A stretch of 64,000 nucleotides of DNA from Lama glama (lineage: Eukaryota), in contig CM052852.1 of the NCBI GenBank assembly GCA_028534125.1, forward strand, positions 75,764,001-75,828,000, written 5' to 3'. The translations under genes were made by a program, and so were the position numbers. This document shows positions 1 through 10,405 of the stretch, one piece after another (within the stretch, counting starts at the first letter, position 1; each line of letters opens with the position of its first letter). The notes beneath the pieces are model-generated. The model searched no databases, was not told the DNA's origin, and worked only from the letters and a program-made list of their open reading frames with translations.

Positions 1-13
1 ATTAAAGCAAATA

Positions 14-262
14 TGACTCTGTGTCAGCACCCCTGTTTGTGCTTTTGCTCCAGGCTCTTTTATGTCAAGGATCTCATTTTCTCATCACAGCAGCCATGCA
101 AGGCAGGAAGAAGAGGTATTGATAATCCCATTTTACAGATGAAGAAACTGAGTCTCAGAGAAAGGATGAAAATTTCCTGTACTCACTCAGCCAGTAAGTG
201 ATAGAGGTGGGATTTGAACCTAGATCTGTTGGACTCCCAGGTCAGTGCTTCTCCTGCTACGG
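14..262 (-). mobile_element. MIR SINE
   Basis: Core 'cccattttacagatgaagaaactgag...gggatttgaacctag'. Confidence 0.8.
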
Positions 263-2492
263 CAGCTGAAAAGAAATGTTACTCTACATTGCATACTGAG
301 AGCCTAAGGAATTCATTAGCCCCAAGAGGTGCAACAGGATGAAAATACAAATAGTCTTGAAAAGAGTGAGAAAGTTATGGCTGACAGATCTACTGTGGAT
401 TGCTAAGGGAAACGGGTTGTGGTAGGAATGTTCTTGATCTTGGAGAACAGCCACATCCTTCCCCAGCCTGTCCCTCCAGACCCCATTAGGATATTGGGCT
501 GGAATCACTATGCCCTTGGCCCAGAGGGTGGTTCTGGTGTCCGCCAAACAGCAGCAGAATAGGATGAGGCCTCCTTGGAATGCCCTGAGGCTTCTGCCTG
601 GTGGCCAAGGGATGTGGAAGGTAAGGAAGGGGAGAGCAGTGGGCTACAGCTCCTTTAGGAAACTCAGCCCTGTGGGCCCAGAGTCCCAGAGAATTCACCT
701 GTTCGAAGGCATCCGTTCTTTCCCAGTGAGAGCTCCCAGGTTCTGCTTGCCAGGTCTCCTTCCTGCCACCTCCCCCTGATGACTGCTGCAACCCTCTCTC
801 CACCTGCACCCCCAAAATACCCCCAAAATCAAGTATAAAACTTTCCTGAGAGTTGATGGGATGAAGAAGAGAACGTGGGTCTTTCCAGCTCTGGCTTGCT
901 AACCTACTGCAAAGCTTTGCTTCTTTATCCAGGAAATGGAACCAGGGGCCCTTGCCCTTTCCCATCTTCCAAAGGAAGAAAAGATGCTTCCTGAAAACTG
1001 AAAAGGAGGCCCTTTATAAAGAACTTGGGCACCCTAGGGGTCAGGTATTCTCAGCAGCCCTACACCATAGATGTGCCTTAGAAACCTGTGATCTATGTCC
1101 TAGATCCAGACAAGAGGCCCACTCTTGTAGACGTGCGTGTCTTAAGCATGTTTGGCTTGTGTCAGAGTGGCCACAAGCTCCACAAAGGCGGAGAGAAAGT
1201 CCATATTTACACTCTTGCCATGTTTGTCTTTAGTTCTGTTTACTCTCGCTTCCTTCCCCCACTCTAAATATCTCATGCATTTAATGCAAAGAACTCTAGC
1301 AACCAGCACTGATTTCTCAGGAGTTCATAATTAACTAATTTTGTTTCTGTGAAAGTAGCCTCAAAGAAAAGCAGTTTTTATACAGGCTGTAAAAGACAGC
1401 TTTACACCTTCTTTAGGGATTTGGACTCCTCAATAGCAACCATACAGCTGGAGATCCCTGAAGAAGCCGAAGAGAAACTTGCTACCATGCTGGTTTCCAT
1501 GGACAGAGTCAGGCCTTTTCATTTTAGAGAGAACATTACCCGTTAGTTGATACAGAAGGCATCTGTAATGTGACTTTTATAATCAAAGCCGTGAACTAGT
1601 GAGGGGCCCTTAATGGGGGTGAGCCTTGCTGTATGCAACATCTGTATGTCTGAATCCTGCATGGAAATGAAACACTATTTAAAAAAAATACTAGAGGAGT
1701 TGGCTATTTCAAAGAACTGTGTACTGCATATTTCCTTCGAACTGTCTCACGGGGTACCGTATTGGACTTGGAACACAGCAGGCTCACTCAAGTTAAAAAT
1801 GACTTTGAGACCAGGAGCAGTGACAATAGTAGCAGCTGCGGCAGATCAGAGAGTAGTAGCAGTCTTCTCCCCAGAGGTGGTGGCTTGTTTGGACAGAGGA
1901 TCTGGGATAAGGGGAGGGACTAGAATGGGAACTGGGGGGGGGGGGAGGGGGGACCCACAACACATTTCAACCAAGCCTGGTACGAAGACCCCCTTTCCAC
2001 CAAAATAAAGTTTATTTTAACTCAGAATGAGCTAGACAATTAAAAAGCTAGAGGCAATTTTTCTGGAGCTCTATTCTGATTTTCTTCACGTCAAAACACT
2101 TGTGCGTTTTACACATAAATCAGCTCATTGTGAAATTTACCAATAGGCAAGCCACCTAGATGAGGGAACAGGTCTTTCATGCTAATGAGGGCTACTATAA
2201 AACTGCTTGGTTAGCTTCTGATAAAAGAGAAATTATTAAAATGGCTTAAAATAAATCCTTTTCATTGCAAGCTTAATCAAGCATACAATGTTGCCGTAGG
2301 TTACAAACTGTTTTATAGCAGAAGGAGACGTTTGCCAATGGGGCTGCAGCCTGCTTCTCTCTGTCTTTTTCAAACCAGTGATGAGTGTGCTCCCCAGAAG
2401 CCTTCAGACCACTAGAAAAATGCCAGATGGCGCTCTGTCTCTAGCACGTTCACCCTGGGAATAGCCAGAACACTCCATCACCACCTTATTTT

Positions 2493-2632
2493 TTTTAATT
2501 TTTAATTTATTTGGTGGAGGGTGTGACTAGGTTGATTTATTGATTTATTGATTTTAGAGGAGGTACTGGGGATACAACACAGGACCTCATGCCTGCTAAG
2601 CGTGTGCTCTACCACGGAGCCATACTCTCCCC
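2493..2632 (-). mobile_element. Camelid tRNA-derived SINE (Vic-1-like) with perfect 18-bp TSD
   Basis: Minus strand GGGGAGAGTATGGCTCCGTGGTAGAGCAC...GAGGTCCTG...CCCCAGTACCTCC plus A-rich tail; TSD ccatcaccaccttatttt at 2475-2492 and 2633-2650. Confidence 0.88.
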
Positions 2633-3199
2633 CCATCACCACCTTATTTTGATGATCAGTTTGACTTGGTTAAATTAGCGTGGTACCTTTCTGATTCCAA
2701 ATTTGGGAATGTGGGCTAGAGGGATCATGTCTCCATGTGTACATACACAGACGTGCATTCATGCATATTTGAAATAGTGGCCACACAAGTATTCACAAAT
2801 GCAGAGACACACACACACACCCACACATACATACACACACATTTACATCCTAACCATTCCTCTCCACCATGATTTACCACCACCTACCTCTCAGCTCCCA
2901 TCCTTGAGTTGACCAAAGATAGAGAGGAGCTTCAGAATAACAGAGAACTGGAAAGAGTCCAACATCCCTAATCGAGGCTTGAGTTTTACCCAGCCGACTA
3001 CCTTAGGTCAATGCCTAGTACCCAGTGCCTGCACCACAAACAGCAGAATCAGAGGAGAACCATGGTTGACGGTGTTATTTTGCCCATGAAACTCGATACA
3101 TTCCCATTGTCAGCTGGTCTTTTTCTTCAGGTACCAGGAACATCACCACAGCACCAAGGAACAAAGCTGGTACTTGCCTTTACTTTATTATTGTTTTCT

Positions 3200-3780
3200 T
3201 TCTATTCTGTGACCTGCTTTAGTGACCAAACACTACATCATAAGTGTTTTCCAATACTAAGAAGCCATTTTCCATAACGTGATTTTAAATGGATGGAATA
3301 TCATTTACTTATCACTCCCTGTTATGGGATATATTAGAAGTTTCTAATTTTTCAACATTATAAATAACACAGTGAATTAAATATTTGCATCCTTATTACC
3401 ATAAGATACAATATTACAGTGGAATTTTTGGTTCAAAAGTTTTAAATATATATTTCCTAATTAAAACATTTTTATCAACATATGGTAAAGTACACAGGTC
3501 TTAAGTATACATATCAATGAATTTTTACATAAATATACTCTTGTGACCACCACCAGATCAAGATGTTGAACCCTTCCCACATCCCAGATGGTTCCCTTGA
3601 CCCCCTTCTCAGCCAATAACCCTCCTAGAAGTAACCACTACTCTGAGTTTTATAAAGTCCAAATATTTTTAAGGCTTTTAATATATATCGCCAAGTTGTC
3701 CTCCAAAATATTTATAGCAAAGTACATTCTCCCCATCAGCATGTGAAAATAACTGTGTCCTCACACCTTCTTGGCTTTAC
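3200..3780 (-). mobile_element. Old L1 (L1ME-like) 3' fragments
   Basis: Degenerate L1 3' UTR/ORF2-end motifs, e.g. 'gtaaccactactctga', 'ttctccccatcagcatgtga'. Confidence 0.6.
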
Positions 3781-5429
3781 TTTGTAAAGGAGATGTTGTA
3801 GCACTTGAAACACACCTGGTTACAGTCAGCGACGGGAAGGACCTGTGAAAGAGCCGGATTGGGGTTCAGCTGGGTACCAGGAGTCCAGTGGGAATCACAG
3901 ATCTTGGAGCCGGAGGCTGAGGGCAGTCCTAGAAGGCAGGCAACATAGTGTCACAGTCCACAAGTACCTTAGAAACCTCCAACTGCTCGGTTGTTTTCTT
4001 TTATTCATTACTGCTCTCTGTTGTACATACCCCAGGTTGTCTTTGCACGCAGCTTTCAAAATCTCTACAATGATCACTTAGTTATGCCTGGTACATAGTA
4101 GGGTCTTAAATACTTGTTAAATATATGGCACTTTTTATCCCTTGCTTTTTTCTGCTTACGGAAAGAAAACATGACACTGAAGAGGCGCATGACGCAGCAA
4201 TTACCCTCTCCCCCACAGTTCTTCTCCCCAGAGGTAACAGCAATTCATGGGTTAGAATGCATTTTTCCCGATAGTTTTCTCCACGTACACTGTTTTTTAC
4301 TTTTATTTGTTTTGAGAGTTAAATACTCCTTTTAAAACGTAAACTTTGTCGATAATAATATAATATACTTTTGTTAAGCATTGTAAGGTGCATTTAATAG
4401 CTTTCAAATACACCACATCAAAGTTCATCTTCAATCAATCAAACCCAATGGTAGTTCATTCTTGCACAATAAAGCTCCCTTCCACTTGTATTACAATACC
4501 TACTTAGCTCTTAAAGGCAGGGAGTGGAAATTACAGCTTGTTTCTGATCACTAATCATTAATATGTTCTAATGCTCCTAAGAGCATCAAGAGAATTATAC
4601 GAAAATGAATATAAAGAAATGATTCTGATTTCAAAGTACATTCTTTGGAAACATTAACAAAAGCGTAAAAATGATACCAGTATACATATGTCTAGTAACT
4701 TCTTGATAGAAAAGTTCTGAAGAACAACCTGTTTCTTACTACAGAAAGGAGGTAATTTCTTTTTAAAATCAAAGGTTTTTTTTTCCCACAGAATTTCACA
4801 TTTTCCTAATTTGAAGGCAGAAAACAGCAACAGAGAACAATAACACAAGCATCAATGAATACACTAGGGAAATCTTGATATTCAAAATGGCTAGATAATG
4901 CTTTTTTGAATTTTAGAATAAATGTGACAGAGGTTAATCATCACAAAAGGTTAAGGTTAGAGCGAGATCAGCCAATGAGTAAACATGGTTAACATATTTT
5001 ATACAGTAAACTCTCTATTGAAGGGAAAAAAATCCATACAGAAAAATTCACTGGATGTACTGCTTTATAATCAGGGGGAAAAAGGGCAGGAGATGAGGGT
5101 GAGTGGCCTTAAGCCCATAGGAATAGGTCTGGTGATCATTCGGTGGGTTTCACGAATGCCCTGGTTTACCTGCCAGAGATGGCGGTTGGTGGGGATAGCG
5201 GGGTAGGATTCAGTGAAGTTGTAACTGCTTTGTTTCCTTCCTCTAATTAATTACAGAGCTCAGTACATTCTTTTCCTTTATCCCCATCAAAAACATTCAT
5301 TAAACACTTAATAGATGTGGCATTGTTGCGGGTGGGAGTGTGTGTCCAACTGCTTTGTTCAGGTTTGGACTGGAGAGGATTTCTGTGTTCGGTAGTTTCT
5401 TGGAATCAATAGATTTGCTCCCAGTTCAA

Positions 5430-5910
5430 ACTGCTCCACAGAGCCTTTAAAAATGTTTACACTCTGTGACCCAGTAATTCCACTTCTGGGAATCTGTACT
5501 AAGGAAAGAGAAATCCAGACTAAGATTTATGTGCAAGGATGTCCACGGCAATGTTATTTATAAAAGGAGAAAAACTGGAAAAAACCAGAAATGCCCCAAA
5601 TTAAGGGAATGATTAACCAGATGATACCACAGCCATATGATGCTCATATTATATAGCTATGAAAATTGTTTTCAAATATTAAGAACATAGAAATAGCCAT
5701 AATGATGAGTGAATATGTAGGCTAAGAACTGCATGTATAGTTTGATCCTGCTTTTGTTTAATTGCGTATCTATGCAGAGAAAAATGACTAAGAGGAAAGT
5801 CATAAACATTCACTGTAATTATCTCTGGGAGGCAGAATTACAGGTGACTAACTTCTTTATCCTTTTCTGTATCTTTCAAATATATTCAGTGAGCATGTAT
5901 TATTATTAAA
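5430..5910 (+). mobile_element. Old L1 (L1ME-like) 3' end
   Basis: 'gacccagtaattccacttctgggaatctgtactaaggaa' ORF2-end motif followed by 3' UTR-like sequence. Confidence 0.7.
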
Positions 5911-6035
5911 ATTAGCCCCCCAAGCCCTCCAAATTCTATCTGATAAACAAATTAAACAAACAGGTAAATGTTTCATAAATTGTACTCTGTCCTCCCTGTG
6001 CTGTGTACTTGGAGTTAGGACTCACCTACTTTGGT

Positions 6036-6049
6036 TCTCTCTCTCTCTT

Positions 6050-6082
<33 letters not shown>
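6036..6082. repeat. Compound (CT)n(CA)n microsatellite
   Basis: tctctctctctctttctctctctctctctcacacacacacacacaca. Confidence 0.9.
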
Positions 6083-6619
6083 GCTCTGCTTTCAGTCTGC
6101 CTTGCCAGAGTGCAAGTTTCAGGAAATATGTCACCTCTGTAAAGGGAATTTGTACTTCTCTTTAATTGTGTGATTAAAGCTTGTTGGTGCTGGCCCGTGG
6201 CGAGTACTTTTTCTGGTCCAGCTCTTTCTAGGCCCCTGAAATTACACCAGTAGGGGGCTGTCTACTCTGTGGATTGCCTGAAAGGAACAGCTTTCTGGGA
6301 AACTGACCTGTGGGAAGATAAAAGAAATTCTGCCTGGGGTGTGATGGGGTGGTGGGAGTTTGAGGGAAAGACAGAGTAGAGACAGGGATAGAATGAGCAA
6401 TTTTGTTTAGTAGAGAGGGTATCTTAGTAAGGTTGTCTTTCAGTGTCTTGCTGTTAAAAAGAAATGTAGCACTGCAGTTCAGTTGGATGGGTAAGAAGTT
6501 CTGTTGAAGGTTAAATGCACCCAGCTCCATGCCTGCCTCTCAGCCCTGCTAGGAACCCAGATCCTGCTATAACGAGGAGGGGCTGCTCAGTAAAGGCTGT
6601 CTTCTTTTAACAAACAGTC

Positions 6620-7085
6620 AGCAGTTGCAAAAGTGAAATATGCACCTAAATTTCAAGCAATACAGAAGTGTAGAAATTAAAACGTGAAATTCCTTCCCTC
6701 TCCAATGTCACTCTTCAGAAGTAACCTGATAAAAAGCCTGGTGTATATTTTTCCAGACCTTTCCACTTTTCCTACGCATATACAACAAGCATATGTGCAC
6801 ATACACACAGAGTTACACACATAGGTAGAGAACAAAAATGGAACCAAACTATAAATATTATTCTGTAACTTACTTTTGAAAAAAAAAACAATATTATTTC
6901 ATGGGCATGTTTCCATGTCAGTATATATAGGTTTACCTCATTTTTTTTAGTAACTATATAACATTCCATCATGGGAATGTTTCAGACTTATTTAACCAAC
7001 TCCCCATGGTTGGACATTTAATTTAGTTCCAGTTTTTCATAGTTACAAGCAATAGTGCAATAAACATCCTTGTACATATTCCATG
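6620..7085 (-). mobile_element. Old L1 (L1ME-like) 3' end
   Basis: 'ttggacatttaatttagttccagtttttcatagttacaagcaatagtgcaataaacatccttgtaca'. Confidence 0.7.
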
Positions 7086-7730
7086 GAATCAACTTAAGGG
7101 GAAATCTTCTTTCCATCAGCTGTGCACTACCTAACCATTTGCAATTAGTTTCCTGGGCTCTGGAGGACACTTTTTAATGGCTATGCCAAATGTTCTGTAG
7201 CGTCCCAAATGGTCCAAGGCATCCTTTCCAATTGAGTTGCAGTCAACTACACACTGCATTTTAAATGATATTACACTTTAAGGACAGGGCACTGTCTTAT
7301 ATTACTGATACAGTGTTGTAATGCTCTGTCTTCATCTTAATGCCCTGGACTTGAATGGACACTGCCTGAAGAGAGTGGGGCGGCCAGAAGCTGCTGGTAC
7401 GTGGCACCAAGGGCAGCCCAACCCAGGGAGACACAAATATGTGAACTTCCCTTCCCCACTTACATCCAGCATCTCTCCACCACTTCTGGCAGCAAGATAA
7501 GGCACTTTATTTGCCACCTACCAGCTGGGAGAAAAGTTGGGGTGCACTAATACTAACATTCGAATTGAAGGAGACCAGGCTGCTTTCAACTCCTCCTACC
7601 CCCCCATCTCCCTCCTCTACACTCAGGGGCTCACTGTCTCCATTAGTCTTCTGGCTAGACAGCCCTTTCTCCAACACCCTATTTGGAGGTGACACCAGCC
7701 ATTGCCTGCACCCCCATCAAAACACATCTC

Positions 7731-7947
7731 TTTTTATTTTTTTATTTTCTAACTTTTTTATTGAATTATAGTCAGTTTACAATGTTGTGTCAATTTCCAG
7801 TGGAGAGCACAATTTTTCAGTTATACATGAACATACATATATTCATTGTCACATTCTTTTTCGCTGTGAGCTACAAGATCTTGTATATATTTCCCTGTGC
7901 TATACAGTATAATCTTGTTTATCTATTCTACATGTGCCTGTATGTAG
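7731..7947 (-). mobile_element. Young lineage-specific L1, 5'-truncated to ~215 bp, with TSD
   Basis: Near-identical to L1 3' ends at 19029 and 21826; poly-T on + strand; TSD aaaaca(c/t)atct(c/t)tttt at ~7719 and ~7948. Confidence 0.85.
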
Positions 7948-8004
7948 AAAACATATCTTTTTTTAGAACTCTCCGTTGCCAGTATTCATTTGTATTAGCA
8001 TGAC

Positions 8005-8230
8005 AGAGAGCACCTAAGGCTTGGCATCAGGAGACCATTTTTTAGCCCTAGGCCTTTGATCAAGTCAGTTAATCTCTCTGAGCCTCCATTTTGACATCTG
8101 CAAAATGGGGATAATAATAATAGTATCTTCTTCAAAGGGCTGATGTAGAGATGAAACGAGATCACAGAGGGGAAAGTCCACTAAAAGCAAGGAAAAGTGC
8201 TATGTGATTGTCAGGTGCCGTTATTATTTA
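8005..8230 (+). mobile_element. MIR SINE
   Basis: 'tctctgagcctccattttgacatctgcaaaatggggataataataatagta'. Confidence 0.8.
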
Positions 8231-8739
8231 TGGATTCTCTCCTGTAGATAAACCAGTTTTAGTTTGTCTTATTTAAGCAGGGGATTTCTGGAGACTACAA
8301 TGTTTTAACTGGGAGGAGTGCTTATTACAGTGAAAATGTCAGGCGGTGGCACAGGCCAGTGGGGAAGCTATTTTGAGATGGGGAAGACCTTCCAGACCTT
8401 CAAATCCACCTATGTAGGGGGTTGCTGGCACCGCCAAGATGGACAGCTGACCAGAGTCCCCCAGGCAAAAGTGTCAGAAAGGTCTCTGTTACCCTTTTCT
8501 ATCTCCAGGAGAGAGGAGGATGGCTTCGAAGGGGGCAAGAAGAGCGTAGATTTCTGTGGGCTGGCCTGAGGACCTATCCTCCCAGGGGACATGTGTTCTA
8601 GCAACTGTTTGGTGTATTTTTAAAGGTCAGCGAGGCTTTGGCTCTATAGGGTGGAGTGGCTGTGACACCTGATTAATGTCTGTGCAGTACTTTCCAGAAT
8701 GAAATTTAATCAGCAGAATGATTGCAGCAAGCAGCTGCC

Positions 8740-9560
8740 TGGAGGAAAACGATCCTGTCCTAATGGCGCCTTGTTTGATGTGTTGGCGTTGTGGCGGGGC
8801 ACGCACGGTATTAGTCCAGCCCACGGGGGCCCGCCTGGGACACCGGAGCAACTAGCAAGGAAATGCAGGCAGCAGCCACAGCCCTGCCAGGGCTCTGGGT
8901 AGGGTCGCCGCGGTCAGACTGTCAGCCCCTCCCCACTCCCAGGACCTTTACTGTCAGCCTCGTTCCTGCCCCCAGGGTCTTCCCCGTCGGCTCCTCTAAC
9001 CCCCTCCTTTCATTATTATCCGTTCCCGAGTCCCTCAAATCCATCACTCTTCGTGCTCCCCCCACCCGCTTCAAGGCCTTCACTGACAGCTTCGTCCAAC
9101 ACTCTCACACAGACACACAAGCACACGTGCCTCCCCGCCCCGCACAGGTGTTCTCAAGGCTTATGTGGAATGAAAAATAGTCTCTCCTCCCCAAAATGAC
9201 TGGAGTCCCTTGGTCTAATTAACCCTTCTTGGCCCACTTTCCTGACAGAAGCACGGCGGTTATTACACTGACCTGCAGACATTCTGCGGTCGGCATTATT
9301 TATACTCCCTAACAGATAGGAAGTGCGGCAGGGATCGAGGGGACTGCCACGTCCCACCACTCAAATGACCCGGTGTGCCTTACGTCCAAGCTGACTGTGC
9401 TGGGCCTTCCTCACCAGGAGCTGCGGTTTGAGATGTCCTCCCAGGAGTGGAGCTGGGCTGAATGCACTAGTCACACTTTCTTGCTGATCTTTATTTCCCC
9501 AGTTTGAAAAACTTCCACTTAACCCCTCCAGATTGTACCCCAGACTCACCGCAGGGATTT
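8740..9560. promoter_or_regulatory. CpG-enriched non-repetitive patch (candidate enhancer or orphan promoter)
   Basis: Visibly higher CpG density than flanks; GC-box CCCCGCCCC ~9133, CACGTG ~9125, AGGAAGTG ~9318. Confidence 0.4.
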
Positions 9561-9929
9561 AACCCAGGACGAGGCAAGAGCTTGGAATTATTAAGACCCC
9601 AGTTTACAGTGGAAAGGGTAGCCTTTCAGGACCAAACGGATCAGAATGACCAGGCTGTAACAAACCCCTCTAAACTCAAAGAAAGGGCTGAGCAGTCTCT
9701 TCTCCGCGGGCAGCTGAGATGACTTCAAGACTTGCAGGCTTTGCCTGAGGCACCACCCCAAGGTCCTATGTGTGAAATGAATCTGGAATCCAGGAAAAAC
9801 AAAGAACTGACTGGTGTTCCTGACCACATCAAGTCGTGTATGTGTGTGGTAGGGTCTAGAGGCGGAACTGAACCAGAGAGGGTGGAGATGGTGTTCAAAG
9901 TGAGAGGATACCTTGAATAGTATAGAAAA

Positions 9930-10405
9930 AATCATTATTGAGCACTTGCTATGTACCAGGTCCTAGAAATAAATAAGATTCAATAAATAAATAAGATTCT
10001 CTCTCAAGGAGTTCACAGTTAAGTGGGGGGGGTCTTGTAAAAAAAAAGATAATTTCAGCACAGAAAACTAAATGCAATGGTAAAGGTGTATGCTGGATAC
10101 AGAGAGAGGACTGAGAAGGGGTGGGAGAAGTGGTACCTGATTTAAGTATTAAAAGATTTACTCATTCATTCATTCTCTAGGATGTAAGTCGCATGAGGTC
10201 AGGGACTTTTGTTCGCTGTTGTAGGTCTAATGCCTAGAACAGTACCTGGAATATGGTAAGAACACGATATTCATTGAATAAATGAATACATGCTTATTAA
10301 TACGCCAAGCACTGTGTTAAGCACTTGGGATACATGGGGGAGGGGTGATGGAAAGGGAAGAGTCAAGGAAGATTTCTAGGTTTTTGGCTTGAGCAGAAGG
10401 ATTGG
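9930..10405 (-). mobile_element. L2 fragments; resume at ~18350-18660 beyond the inserted L1/ERV block
   Basis: 'ttattgagcacttgctatgtaccagg', 'gagtcaaggaagatttctaggtttttggcttgagc' and continuation 'ttgagtttgagatatctgtaggatatctaggtagagatatcc'. Confidence 0.65.

Noticed and set aside
486-965. 159-aa ORF (and similar 100-165 aa ORFs at 1613, 39118, 49810, 53145)
   Set aside because: No recognisable domain, no supporting exon structure; lengths compatible with chance in moderately GC-rich mammalian DNA
1934-1952. G12-A-G6 run as a functional G-quadruplex
   Set aside because: Simple homopolymer, error-prone in short-read assemblies, with no supporting context
1-9900. TMEM255A coding exons expected upstream of ATP1B4 on the - strand
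   Set aside because: No MHQSLTQQ or VGGYYPG-type peptide found; the gene probably starts left of the window
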